The translations under genes and the position numbers were made by a program. The notes under the pieces are model-generated. The model made no database searches. It saw only the letters and a program-made list of their open reading frames with translations, and was not told the DNA's origin. A stretch of DNA of 64,000 bases from a virus: IMG/VR virus record IMGVR_UViG_3300027804_003215, positions 1-64,000 of that record; one strand, given 5' to 3'. Numbering within the stretch: the stretch's first letter is position 1; every line of letters begins with the position of its first letter. This document shows positions 1-9,513 of this stretch, piece by piece.

Positions 1-1
1 T

Positions 2-109
2 ATCAAGGGTATCATGACTAGATACGCTAAGAAAATGGTTAACAACCGTTTCTATGGTAGAATCACAGTTGATGGAGTTAGAACATTCGATTTGAAAGAG
101 TTGAGATAA
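2..109 (+). CDS. Major capsid protein (T4 gp23-like), C-terminal fragment, 5' truncated by window edge
   Basis: Frame 2 reads IKGIMTRYAKKMVNNRFYGRITVDGVRTFDLKELR*. GxMTRY followed by FYG is the typical gp23-family C-terminus, and a strong terminator follows. Not in the ORF track. Confidence 0.8.
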   Translation: MKGIMTRYAKKMVNNRFYGRITVDGVRTFDLKELR

Positions 110-128
110 TATGGTCTAACCAAAATAT

Positions 129-157
129 AAAAGGGTCCTTCGGGACCCTTTTTTTTT
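129..157. terminator. Bidirectional intrinsic terminator with C(UUCG)G loop
   Basis: aaaagggtcc-ttcg-ggacccttttttttt: perfect stem with A-tract and T-tract, between convergent genes. Confidence 0.9.
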
Positions 158-416
158 AACAATTATTTGTTTGTTCTTGTGAAGGGTTGTTGTTGAGGAA
201 CCTAGTATTAATTATTGATAAAGATTTGGAAATTATTTCACTCTCCATTAACGAAAAAACTCCTTTGGAATGAGAGTAATCGATACATTTATTCAGAAAA
301 AAAAGAGACTGTTCGAAATTCAAATCATCTATCAAACTTCTAACGTCCTTAATGTTTTGGAATTTTATTGATTCAAATAGTTGACCCTCTGTTTCCTGGT
401 TGAAATTATTAATCAT
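156..416 (-). CDS. Hypothetical protein (86 aa)
   Basis: ORF ends at the bidirectional terminator; no recognisable motif. Confidence 0.6.
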   Translation of the reverse strand: MINNFNQETEGQLFESIKFQNIKDVRSLIDDLNFEQSLFFLNKCIDYSHSKGVFSLMESEIISKSLSIINTRFLNNNPSQEQTNNC

Positions 417-422
417 TTGTAA

Positions 423-429
423 TATTTAT
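423..429 (+). promoter_or_regulatory. TATTTAT candidate late-promoter motif (one of about 17 copies; see findings)
   Basis: Recurrent motif on the coding strand 4-34 nt upstream of structural-gene ATGs. Confidence 0.6.
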
Positions 430-442
430 TATAGTATAATTT

Positions 443-1318
443 ATGAAAAAATTCAAGATTAAAGAAGCGACTGGTGCAGGAAGTGTTGGTAAGTTTAAGG
501 TTCCGATTGTTTTATCACCTCAACCATGGACTGAAGATGAATTAGGACCTTTTGTTGAACCTGTATATAGTTATACGAACGCAGAACTTGCTTATGAAGA
601 ATCGGATGGAGATTTCAAACAGTCTCCTGAAGAAAGAGAAAAGATTGAAAGAAGAACAAAGAAAATTTCAAAAGTTGATAAATATTTAAAACAATTCTAT
701 ACAGGTCAAAGTGACGAGGGTGGAAGTAATATTGCGGATATAGAAAACCCTGAGGATGTCATTAAAAAGGCAGTGGGACCCCTCAAAGAGGAAAAGGAAT
801 TAGAAGAAGATTTGGCTGTTTGGTTCGGAACAAAGAAAAAACCTAAAGGAAGTAAAGAACCTAAGGGACCTTGGGTGAACATCTGTAGTAAAGTTAATGG
901 AAAACATCCACCTTGTGGTAGACCTGAAGCTAAAACAAAATCATATCCTAAGTGTAGAGCCGTTCACGTCGCCTCTAAAATGTCCGAATCTCAAAAAAGA
1001 GCCGCTTGTCAACAAAAAAGGAGAGAAGAGAAAAAAAACCCTAAAATTGGAACAGGAAACAAACCAACTATGGTCTCATACAAAACAAGAAAAGAATCTA
1101 TTAATTCCTTGGTAAAAAAAGTTTTGAAAGAAATTTACGAACCAAAAAAACTATATCCTGTCGAATCGGTTTATTCAGCAGTATCTAAAGCTCCTGTCGA
1201 GTTAAAAAGAATAGTTTCTCAATTGAAACCAATCCCTTGTGTAAACGACAATGGTGAAAAAAGAACGTGTTTCAAAATTCCTGAAGTATTGTATGTATAT
1301 TTTTCAGGAAATTATTGA
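443..1318 (+). CDS. Hypothetical, probable head-associated protein with basic Cys-containing WF..WV.I..KHPPCGR..YPKCR domain
   Basis: Domain pattern familiar from large-phage hypothetical proteins; several I/L-x-E sites (KIKE, PLKE, VLKE); preceded by TATTTAT. Confidence 0.6.
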   Translation: MKKFKIKEATGAGSVGKFKVPIVLSPQPWTEDELGPFVEPVYSYTNAELAYEESDGDFKQSPEEREKIERRTKKISKVDKYLKQFYTGQSDEGGSNIADIENPEDVIKKAVGPLKEEKELEEDLAVWFGTKKKPKGSKEPKGPWVNICSKVNGKHPPCGRPEAKTKSYPKCRAVHVASKMSESQKRAACQQKRREEKKNPKIGTGNKPTMVSYKTRKESINSLVKKVLKEIYEPKKLYPVESVYSAVSKAPVELKRIVSQLKPIPCVNDNGEKRTCFKIPEVLYVYFSGNY

Positions 1319-1725
1319 TTGACCTTTTGAAGAATATTTTTTAGGGAATGTTGAATGTTATTTGAAATCTCCATTTCAAGTTCCTCTTTTCTTTGCTCTA
1401 TTTCGGAGTCAAAATTTTCTAAAAGTTCACCATACAAGTCATTATTTTCGATATATACACTATGACTGTAATCATGGTTGGTAATTTGTATAGTTCTGCT
1501 TGTTATAACAATAAAAATGTCAAATTCGTCATTCCTAATAAACCTTTTATTTGATTTCGGAGCGTAATGAAGTTCTGAGTCTTTTTTGGAAATCAATTTG
1601 GAACATATGTCAATTGAGAATTGTTCCTCTGCTGCGATTGGAGGTCTTGGGTCGAATTTTTCTTTAAGTGTGAGGTATATCCTGAATAATATACGAGGGA
1701 TGTAACCTGTGATATTTCTTTCCAT
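1312..1725 (-). CDS. Hypothetical protein (137 aa)
   Basis: Clean ORF with a Bacteroidota-type promoter element directly upstream. Confidence 0.65.
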   Translation of the reverse strand: MERNITGYIPRILFRIYLTLKEKFDPRPPIAAEEQFSIDICSKLISKKDSELHYAPKSNKRFIRNDEFDIFIVITSRTIQITNHDYSHSVYIENNDLYGELLENFDSEIEQRKEELEMEISNNIQHSLKNILQKVNQ

Positions 1726-1729
1726 TCTA

Positions 1730-1761
1730 CAAAAATAAATGAAAAAAAATCAATTAACAAT
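1730..1761 (-). promoter_or_regulatory. Host-type (Bacteroidota sigma-A) promoter: ATTG-N20-TATTTTTG
   Basis: Minus strand TATTTTTG (1737-1730) matches TAnnTTTG, 4 nt before the ATG at 1725, with (A)TTG about 20 nt further upstream. Confidence 0.5.
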
Positions 1762-2224
1762 AGGAACCTGAGCAATGTTTTTTTCCATCTAAACCTGGCA
1801 TACGACCTTTACACACTTGAACTCCGTAACCCGAACTATATGCAGAAGGATAAACTTTGAATTTTGCTTTTGCCGCTGCTTTACCTCTAGAACAAAGTTT
1901 GGTTCCTGTTTTTTTTCTACCTTCTGTCATGTCCACCATTTCACCCTCATCTTCATGGTCTTTACCTTTAATTTGATTCATCATGAAATCAAAAACTTGG
2001 TCTAAGTTTTCTTTTGCCACAGTGATGTGGTCGGCAGCCCAATCATGACCATTTAATAGAATGTCGTCTATTACTTCAGGATTTAATTCTAAAAGTAAAT
2101 TAGCTTGACGGATTAATTGTTCTAAATTACTGAAGAACATGTAATTTGGAGATTCCTGCTCTTTTAAAACTTTATTCACAAGTCTTGAAATATCGCTTTC
2201 TGTTAATTTAACTATCTTTTTCAT
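1754..2224 (-). CDS. Hypothetical head-associated protein with C-terminal basic AKAKFKVYPSAY domain
   Basis: N-terminal KKIVKLTESDISRLVNKVLKEQ leader; the C-terminal domain pattern is common in large phages. Confidence 0.6.
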   Translation of the reverse strand: MKKIVKLTESDISRLVNKVLKEQESPNYMFFSNLEQLIRQANLLLELNPEVIDDILLNGHDWAADHITVAKENLDQVFDFMMNQIKGKDHEDEGEMVDMTEGRKKTGTKLCSRGKAAAKAKFKVYPSAYSSGYGVQVCKGRMPGLDGKKHCSGSYC

Positions 2225-3716
2225 TTACTACATTAAAGGTTAATTGTCTTTTATAAGTATCTTTCTCTCCTGAAGTATTCACTTGAATATCTACATAATA
2301 TTGATTTGGAATTTTATCTCTCATATCAATCATGAAATAATATTCATTGGGCGTTCTATTAATTGGTGTCCAATCTTGTACTTGAACTTCAGTTGTGCCC
2401 TCTTTAACATAAACTCGGTAGAAGGCTGTAACACCGTCTAAAGGTTGTTGTCCTGTGTAGGCTTTCTTAATTGTAACTCCAACCTTTCTTATGTCTGAAT
2501 TTATAATATTTTCATTTTGTAAAATACCATAAATATCAAAACCAAATTTTTCAGGCTCATGACTACTAACACCAATCTGTATTCCCGCTGAGTATTCTTG
2601 AAGAACAAATTGATTTTTGACGTTTCCCAAAGATTGTCCGTTTATTTTCAAATTTGACCAAACATCATAGAACATACATGGTGTTGGTGAACCTGTAAAT
2701 GAGTTCGGAATAATGCACTCATAAACTCCTCTTGTTCTTAAACAAGTTGTCAAACCTGACAAATTATTATAAACCGTTCCATCTCTTTGTTGGATTGTTA
2801 CTAAAGGTAATTCATCTAAATTAACAGCATCTCCGTTCTGATATATGTAAAGGTAAAGTTTGTTAACTTGGTTTTTCAAAAATCTATTTCTATCATCTTG
2901 AATTAAATCGTCATAGGTTGTAAGAAGGAACGGTTGATAAAAAGTTTGTGTATGTCTTGAGAAGAAGGCAACGCTGTAACTATCAGTCAGACCTGATATA
3001 TTCTCGATAGCAGGAAGATAAGCAATACCCCATCCTGTAACTCCTGTTAGGGTTCCGTTAAGAATGGAATTTATCTCGTTGCTCATATTCATGTTTATAT
3101 CCTCATTACCGAACTCAAAATGTTGGGTGGCTATTATGGTCAACCCTGAGAAATTAACCAAACCTTGGTTCTTATTATTGTATACACCAGGTTCTGACCA
3201 GTTGGATACAGTCTGAGTTTGAAACCAATTGGATGGTCTTAATGAATAGGCTCTTGGGTCCACGTAAGTTAAGGGGTTTGAACCACCAACTGCAGAATTT
3301 CTCGCTAAATTGAAGTCGTTGTAGTCATATCCCACACCTTCATCCCAAGTTTGAGTGTTTCCTGTAGTTCCTGATGTTTTTGGAATTCTAAACAAAATCA
3401 AATCAAATGAGCTTGCTCTTCTTCTGTCATTAGACATGAATGTGTTGAGTAACTCGTTGTCGAAAGAAGATGTGTTGGTCATTTTCAATGTGTGCGTCAT
3501 AGCAGATGTACAGCCTGTCGAAATAACTCCACTTTGTATGTTTTCAATCAACAAGTCTAAATCAAGGTCAAATAATATACGGGAAAAACCAAAATTAGGT
3601 ACAGCAATGTAGGAAGCTCCAAAGTTTAATTCCATAACAGGGTTTCTACCTGTATTAACTAAAGAATTCGAAACTATGGTGTTATTTTTATCTACGTATG
3701 ACCTTAAAACTGACAT
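2208..3716 (-). CDS. Putative virion structural protein (502 aa)
   Basis: Beta-rich, S/T/N-rich, W.EG.GYDY motif; TATTTAT upstream; 7 [ST]GxT motifs. Confidence 0.6.
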   Translation of the reverse strand: MSVLRSYVDKNNTIVSNSLVNTGRNPVMELNFGASYIAVPNFGFSRILFDLDLDLLIENIQSGVISTGCTSAMTHTLKMTNTSSFDNELLNTFMSNDRRRASSFDLILFRIPKTSGTTGNTQTWDEGVGYDYNDFNLARNSAVGGSNPLTYVDPRAYSLRPSNWFQTQTVSNWSEPGVYNNKNQGLVNFSGLTIIATQHFEFGNEDINMNMSNEINSILNGTLTGVTGWGIAYLPAIENISGLTDSYSVAFFSRHTQTFYQPFLLTTYDDLIQDDRNRFLKNQVNKLYLYIYQNGDAVNLDELPLVTIQQRDGTVYNNLSGLTTCLRTRGVYECIIPNSFTGSPTPCMFYDVWSNLKINGQSLGNVKNQFVLQEYSAGIQIGVSSHEPEKFGFDIYGILQNENIINSDIRKVGVTIKKAYTGQQPLDGVTAFYRVYVKEGTTEVQVQDWTPINRTPNEYYFMIDMRDKIPNQYYVDIQVNTSGEKDTYKRQLTFNVVNEKDS

Positions 3717-3735
3717 TAGACTTTTTTAATAAATA

Positions 3736-5268
3736 TCAATTAAGTCTAATATTACTGTTTAATATTTTATTCACAGCATTCCGCATTTGGGTTTGAATAT
3801 CTTTAGACTTGGTACCATCTTCCGTTTCATCAACAGGAGATAAACCTGGATAGGCGTGTGTATGTGTAAGAAGGAATCTCACAATCAAGTTTAAAAGTTC
3901 AAGTAATTCTTCACCTCTGACTAACGAAGAAGTTTTAGCTCTTATTTCGCCCGTGAATGCACTCAATGGTAGACCGTAAATGGAATTCGCGAAATTTATT
4001 TTTCCTTTGCCTTCGATTGAAGAATCTTGACTTAAAAGATAAATTTCTTGTCCCCCCATCACAGAATATGTTTTTGGTTTGGGTTCAAAAACCTCCGAGG
4101 TAATGGATTTAATTTCTGTTTGAGTTGGTAACCCAACAGTGTCTTTTTTCCATATCAACCCAAACTGACTATCAGATGATGCAGTTTCATCTGAAGGCAA
4201 TAATTTGATTCTGTTATTGAACAAAGTCAAATTATCTTTCATTATTTGTTGTATTGGAGTTGCGGGACTTGCGTCAGTGAGTAAATCATACGTAAACTTA
4301 CCAGGTCTAAAATAGATTGGAAATTTGTTTTGATTGTCAGAAAAAATTTTTGTCCCGTCACTCGTGACATTTTTACTATTACAAGTTTTAATAAAGTTAT
4401 TAATCAAATCTACTGCACTTTGAAATGGAAGGGCTTGGAAATCTTGTTTATAAATCAAAAATTTGTTAACCTCGGGAATTTCAGTAGAAACTTGAATGTT
4501 GTTTGTGTTTGTTTCTACGGCACTTTTTAATGAGTATAAATAAACTGCTCCGGTAAATCTATCAACGGTGTTTTCTGGGTTGAGAATGACCCATTCTATA
4601 AGGTGTCTTACAGGTAAAGTTATGGGTTTTGAGACAATTTGTTTTTTATAATTTTCTGAAACTTTTGTTTTATCAAAAATAGAGAGTTGTATGAAAGACC
4701 TATTGTCATTTGGTGGTGTTTCTAAATTTGATTGAGGTGTTGCACTATATTTTCCTGCACGTAAAAGTACATCAGTTTCTTTCACGATTACGTCTGTACT
4801 TCCTCTACCTAGTAAAGCATTGTCACCTGGTTCAGGATAAATTCCTTTCAGAAAACTCTTGGCGGGCCAAGTGCCATTTTGGTTTTTTATATTTTTCGGC
4901 GCTTTGAACTGCATTCCCGTTCCAGTAAATTTTGCACCTCCACTATTGTTAGTATTGAATGCTGAGTTTACTGAAAAAAAGTTACTTTGTACGTAGTACT
5001 GATTTTGGTATTTGAAATCAGAATTTACAAAAATAACTTGAATAAGTTCACCAACATTTGGAACTTGATAGATGAAATAAGGTAATAGAGGGTAAAAAAT
5101 TAAAGGGTCTCTTTCTGTCCAAATATCTTTTTCCTCATTCCAATCTGGTGATGTTATAGATTTTAAGACATCGGGGTAATTGATAATATTAATTCTTGCT
5201 CTCACTCTTCCGAGCATCAAAGGGTCTTGATTATTCAAAACAGTACATTGGTAAAATATTGGTGTCAT
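3736..5268 (-). CDS. Baseplate central spike / hub protein (gp5/gpV-like)
   Basis: N-terminal OB-fold signature DPLMLGRVRARI; C-terminal LVRGEEL...THTH metal-binding spike-tip motif. Confidence 0.7.
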   Translation of the reverse strand: MTPIFYQCTVLNNQDPLMLGRVRARINIINYPDVLKSITSPDWNEEKDIWTERDPLIFYPLLPYFIYQVPNVGELIQVIFVNSDFKYQNQYYVQSNFFSVNSAFNTNNSGGAKFTGTGMQFKAPKNIKNQNGTWPAKSFLKGIYPEPGDNALLGRGSTDVIVKETDVLLRAGKYSATPQSNLETPPNDNRSFIQLSIFDKTKVSENYKKQIVSKPITLPVRHLIEWVILNPENTVDRFTGAVYLYSLKSAVETNTNNIQVSTEIPEVNKFLIYKQDFQALPFQSAVDLINNFIKTCNSKNVTSDGTKIFSDNQNKFPIYFRPGKFTYDLLTDASPATPIQQIMKDNLTLFNNRIKLLPSDETASSDSQFGLIWKKDTVGLPTQTEIKSITSEVFEPKPKTYSVMGGQEIYLLSQDSSIEGKGKINFANSIYGLPLSAFTGEIRAKTSSLVRGEELLELLNLIVRFLLTHTHAYPGLSPVDETEDGTKSKDIQTQMRNAVNKILNSNIRLN

Positions 5269-5474
5269 TTGTTGTTTCTATTTTGGTACTCCTTGAGTAT
5301 CGAATTATACAACAATTCTACATTGTCTAATTCCAAAGTCAAATTTATAATCTGTCCCTTTTTGGCTTCAAAATCTGTGGACAACTTATCCATCCAATCA
5401 ACAAGTTTGCCGTTCGGAATATTTTTTATATTCGACAATTGCCCAAAGATTATATCGTATTCATTTTTTTCCAT
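5265..5474 (-). CDS. Hypothetical protein (69 aa)
   Basis: ATGA overlap with the downstream gene; fills the operon. Confidence 0.65.
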   Translation of the reverse strand: MEKNEYDIIFGQLSNIKNIPNGKLVDWMDKLSTDFEAKKGQIINLTLELDNVELLYNSILKEYQNRNNK

Positions 5475-5477
5475 TTC

Positions 5478-7577
5478 TTATCTTGGTAAACTGAAACAAG
5501 GTGGTCCACCTGGAACAAAACAATCGTTTACACCATTTTCTGCTTGTTCATCACTTCTTCCTCGATGAGTTGCTAAGTTGTAAATGAGCATCAAATTTGG
5601 TTGTCCGTTAGGTAATACTTGTGTGGGAAGTCCGGCCTCTTCTAAATATTTGATAGTATTCAGAAATGCTCTCTGAGGGGATTCCCCTGGTAAAAAATCA
5701 GAGAGAATTGCTAAAGCTAAATTTATTTTTTTTCTTTTATGTGGAGGTGGTCCTCCTGGTGCTTGAATTAAATTAAGAATATTTTTTATTTCGTCCATCA
5801 ATGATTGACATTTTCTGTAATCAAAGACGCCTTTCACAACATTGGCCGCAATTCCAATCAATCTTAAAGCTTGTTTGTAACCCTTTTTACGTTGTTCTTT
5901 TAATATGTCTAAAACTAAGGTTGTGATGATATTAAGCAATTCTTTTTTCAATATATCAAACAAGGCTTCTATGAAAATTGCACCAATTCTGCTAACCACT
6001 TGAACCATGAATTTTTTGAACTTTTTTATGAATTCAACAGAGTTGGTAATAATGTTTGATGCTTGAATATTCAATTGATTTATTGTGGTTGCCGTCGTAA
6101 TTGTTTGGTTGTAAGATAGATTATAAGAGTTTTCTACAACTTTCAACATTATGAAAATTGGTAATAATACTTTGGGACTGAGAACCGCACTAGCAACACC
6201 TAATGCAATATCTCTTATGATGTTTTCGCTAAATTTTGCCTCAGCGTTAAATCCTGCCGGAATGTATATCTTCCAATTTGGATTTTGTGATAAACTATCA
6301 ATTATGGTTTCCATTCTAGCAATTTGTTCTTCCTCCGTCAAGTTGTCTAATTGACTTTTGAATTCTATCAATTGGTCGGAAAGGTTTTGAGCATCCACAG
6401 GAACTTTTACATTATCACAATCCACAAGTTCAATTACACCGTTTTGAACGTTTGATACGTTGAGGTCAATATTTCTCAAATCAACTTCTGTGAACTCAAA
6501 AAAAGAATCGTCTATACCGTCCAGCTCTGCTATTTTTGATATTCCACTCACATCTATTTCAGTTTTTTGGTCAAAACATAAACCTAAAATTCTTTGTAAA
6601 ATTTTATAAAATTTTGATTGGTCGGAAATTGGACCAGCAGGTGCTGGTAGTTGTATGTTCATGAACTGAGACAAAAATTGTAAAATTTGAGCAACTAAGT
6701 CCGCGGAATCGAACAATTTAATGGAACTATAATAATCGGCTAACCATTGTCCAATTTTGTTCTCTGTGAAAGCGGTGACAACACCTGTTTCGTTACCTTC
6801 ACGATTAATTAGTGCGATTTTGTAATAATTACCCGTAATCCCAAACTCGTTGACTGTTGTATATTTTATGTTGAATAAATTCTGTCCACTCCTACCGCTA
6901 AAAAAAACATTGTAAGTTTGATTGAATGCGTTTTGAGTTTGAGTCAATTCATACAGTGTACGATTCATTGGAAATGGAACCTCTCCACCATAATTTCGGA
7001 ATTCAGTAATGTTGTTCTGTGTGGCACCAGTTGGTTCATATAAAATTCTTCCAACAGTTGAGGTGAAATCCTCTTTCAATAGACCGCTAGCCAAAGTAAT
7101 TAAATCTAATGATTGTAGAGGTACATATATTGCTTCTGAGACCGGTAATAAATCCATATCGGCTGCGGCGGTCGTACTTACCCCTTTGTATGTTTGTTCC
7201 TGACTACACCCTAAAGACTTTATTACCTCTTCCTGTAAGATATTTTGTATTTCTTGTTCCGATTTTCTTGCAGCACGTAACAATAGGTTTCTAATAGCTT
7301 TCATTTCAGTGCTTCCTGTACCTTTTGTAAGACCTATGAAATTAATCAATTGGTCCGATGAAGTTGGAACGTTTCTTTGAAACCTCTTTTGTTGTTGTGA
7401 AATTTTGTTAAGTTGATTAGCGGTTTGCTCAACTGACTTAGCGGTAGAATTTTTCAACTCACGTCTAATAGTTCTTTCTGCGTCTAACGTTTCCTTGTAA
7501 CGTTTAATAGCACTAATGTTACCACTAATCTGTTGACTAGAACTAGTAATATCTATGGAAGAATTCGTCGATTGCAT
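5478..7577 (-). CDS. Large hypothetical protein (699 aa), helical C-terminal half, possibly virion/baseplate associated
   Basis: Long ORF in the operon with the spike gene. Confidence 0.55.
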   Translation of the reverse strand: MQSTNSSIDITSSSQQISGNISAIKRYKETLDAERTIRRELKNSTAKSVEQTANQLNKISQQQKRFQRNVPTSSDQLINFIGLTKGTGSTEMKAIRNLLLRAARKSEQEIQNILQEEVIKSLGCSQEQTYKGVSTTAAADMDLLPVSEAIYVPLQSLDLITLASGLLKEDFTSTVGRILYEPTGATQNNITEFRNYGGEVPFPMNRTLYELTQTQNAFNQTYNVFFSGRSGQNLFNIKYTTVNEFGITGNYYKIALINREGNETGVVTAFTENKIGQWLADYYSSIKLFDSADLVAQILQFLSQFMNIQLPAPAGPISDQSKFYKILQRILGLCFDQKTEIDVSGISKIAELDGIDDSFFEFTEVDLRNIDLNVSNVQNGVIELVDCDNVKVPVDAQNLSDQLIEFKSQLDNLTEEEQIARMETIIDSLSQNPNWKIYIPAGFNAEAKFSENIIRDIALGVASAVLSPKVLLPIFIMLKVVENSYNLSYNQTITTATTINQLNIQASNIITNSVEFIKKFKKFMVQVVSRIGAIFIEALFDILKKELLNIITTLVLDILKEQRKKGYKQALRLIGIAANVVKGVFDYRKCQSLMDEIKNILNLIQAPGGPPPHKRKKINLALAILSDFLPGESPQRAFLNTIKYLEEAGLPTQVLPNGQPNLMLIYNLATHRGRSDEQAENGVNDCFVPGGPPCFSLPR

Positions 7578-7943
7578 TTACTTTATTTTGTATGTTTCTT
7601 CGTCTGAAGAAACATCCTTTTCAATCAAATTTTGGAGTAGGTCATCGTCCAAATCAGATAAAGTGAATGATTCAGTAGATGAGTTTGTTTTCTCCCAAAT
7701 GGTTGATTGAAGTTTTGATAAAGTCAATTTTTTCTCGACACAGTCGTTTACAATTTTTTGTTGTTTTTCGATGACAGGACCAATAGTTGTCATATCTTCT
7801 GGGTCCTTGAGCATTGACAACATTTTATTTTGAATTCTAATAGCAGTGTTTCTTTGTTCTACAAGTTCATTGTAAATCTCCTGCATCAAAGACAAAATTG
7901 AATCTTTAGTAAAATTTATTTCTTTTTTTTGCGGTCTTGGCAT
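7578..7943 (-). CDS. Hypothetical coiled-coil protein (121 aa)
   Basis: Stop abuts the next ATG; TATTTAT 4 nt upstream. Confidence 0.65.
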   Translation of the reverse strand: MPRPQKKEINFTKDSILSLMQEIYNELVEQRNTAIRIQNKMLSMLKDPEDMTTIGPVIEKQQKIVNDCVEKKLTLSKLQSTIWEKTNSSTESFTLSDLDDDLLQNLIEKDVSSDEETYKIK

Positions 7944-7959
7944 AACTATAAATAGTTAT

Positions 7960-8706
7960 TTATAAATTTTTGAACTTAATCATTGTAACTGTGTACAACT
8001 TCTTAAATTTCTTTATAGAACCTCTAATTTCTTTTGTACTCAGATTTGTCATCTCCCTCAAGGAAAGCAGTATAATATTTTTATTGAACTTATTATTTTC
8101 TTCTCCAGTAAAAATTGTTTCGTAATTATTGAAAAGGTCTATAAGGGCGATACCTAACTTTTTTTCATTCTCATTCAAATTTTCGGAGTCTACAAAATTT
8201 TTAAGTTCCTCTAAATATTTTGATAGAACGTAATTAGTATCAATCACGTCCTCATCAATTCTATAAATTAAATCAGCTCTTTCCTCCAAGCTTGAAGATA
8301 TATCTTCGTAAGAAACTTTTCTGTTGGTTTCCTTTTGGTCCTTAATAATTTGACCCATTAAGTAATTTTTACAAATTGTACCGAAATAGGAATATGCTTT
8401 TTTGTTTTTTGATGGTTTAAATTTGTCCACTTTGGTCATCAAAAAAGAATGTGTATCGGTATGAATTTCTATAAAATCCATATCTTTACGATAAAGCTTA
8501 TACCTCCTAATGATAGATGAAATCATCTTGTCCAAGGGTGCTCTAAGAAATTCGTTGTAAATCTTATTTTTTTCTTCTACCGTGTCCGCGACCAAAAATT
8601 TTTTGACTGCGTTTTCTTCTCTTACATCGAAATAGTTTTCTTTAACAGCTTTCCTCCCTCTTTTTTTTGATTTCACATCTTCTGTAGATGCGGAAAGAGT
8701 TTCCAA
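7960..8706 (-). CDS. Phage sigma factor, T4 gp55-like (late transcription)
   Basis: Sigma region-2-like KFKPSKNKKAYSYFGTICKNYL; N-terminal NYF; C-terminal LREMTNLSTKEIR HTH-like segment. Confidence 0.6.
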   Translation of the reverse strand: METLSASTEDVKSKKRGRKAVKENYFDVREENAVKKFLVADTVEEKNKIYNEFLRAPLDKMISSIIRRYKLYRKDMDFIEIHTDTHSFLMTKVDKFKPSKNKKAYSYFGTICKNYLMGQIIKDQKETNRKVSYEDISSSLEERADLIYRIDEDVIDTNYVLSKYLEELKNFVDSENLNENEKKLGIALIDLFNNYETIFTGEENNKFNKNIILLSLREMTNLSTKEIRGSIKKFKKLYTVTMIKFKNL

Positions 8707-8708
8707 AA

Positions 8709-9512
8709 TTATAATGTAGATGGTTCATATTTTATGACTCTGTCGTCAGTAAAGAAATATTCTTGTTTTGCACTTTGTATCCAAAATCTAACTTCAGGTT
8801 CTGATAGGATAGAATCACCAAACTTGTAATTCCAAAATATGGAACCTTCTCTCATATTTGTGTGTTTGTATCCTAGTCTTGGTATGGTCATGATTTGTAC
8901 TGAGTTGTAAGTTAATCTCAATAAAAATTCATAAATAAATGTTAATTGGAAATTAGGTTTGATACCACCGAAGTCTTCAAATATTGTTTTCTTCATTGCA
9001 GAACCAGAAACTTGGAAATTTTGGTAATCTTGTAATGTGTCGTTAGTTAAAATACCCATTTCTTGTGAAAAATTTGCAGCGAACGTAGCTTCATTTGTGA
9101 AACCTGCAAAACCACCTTTTTCGTCTGTTTCTACAACGACAGGTAAAAACATTTGAATTTCAGGATATGCCTGAGAGTATTTTTGAATATTTTCAAACCA
9201 AATATTTGAATATTCATCATCAAACTCAAGAACAGAAATCCATTCTGCTTTAGCATTTTTTACACCAAAATTTACTTGAGATGCAAAATTCGGAGTTTCA
9301 TTCCAAATCACTCTATTAACAGTGAGAGTTCCAAAGTCATAGGTGTTCAAAAAATTGGTGAGCTGTTCTTCTTTTGTTGCAACAATAAGTAATTCTTCAA
9401 TTTCAATTTTTTGATTTTTAATTGAGTCTATTGCTTTAGTAAAATAATCCGCGAAATCTTTTGTGACTGCAGATTTCAAAGGTAGAATAACGGATAGTGA
9501 AAGTTTTTTCAT
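8709..9512 (-). CDS. Glycosyltransferase, GT2-like (GT-A); start revised to MKKLSLSVILP at 9512
   Basis: SVILP strand, NFGV...EWISVLEFDDEY DxD-like motif; the revised start removes the overlap with the upstream gene. Confidence 0.7.
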   Translation of the reverse strand: MKKLSLSVILPLKSAVTKDFADYFTKAIDSIKNQKIEIEELLIVATKEEQLTNFLNTYDFGTLTVNRVIWNETPNFASQVNFGVKNAKAEWISVLEFDDEYSNIWFENIQKYSQAYPEIQMFLPVVVETDEKGGFAGFTNEATFAANFSQEMGILTNDTLQDYQNFQVSGSAMKKTIFEDFGGIKPNFQLTFIYEFLLRLTYNSVQIMTIPRLGYKHTNMREGSIFWNYKFGDSILSEPEVRFWIQSAKQEYFFTDDRVIKYEPSTL

Positions 9513-9513
9513 A

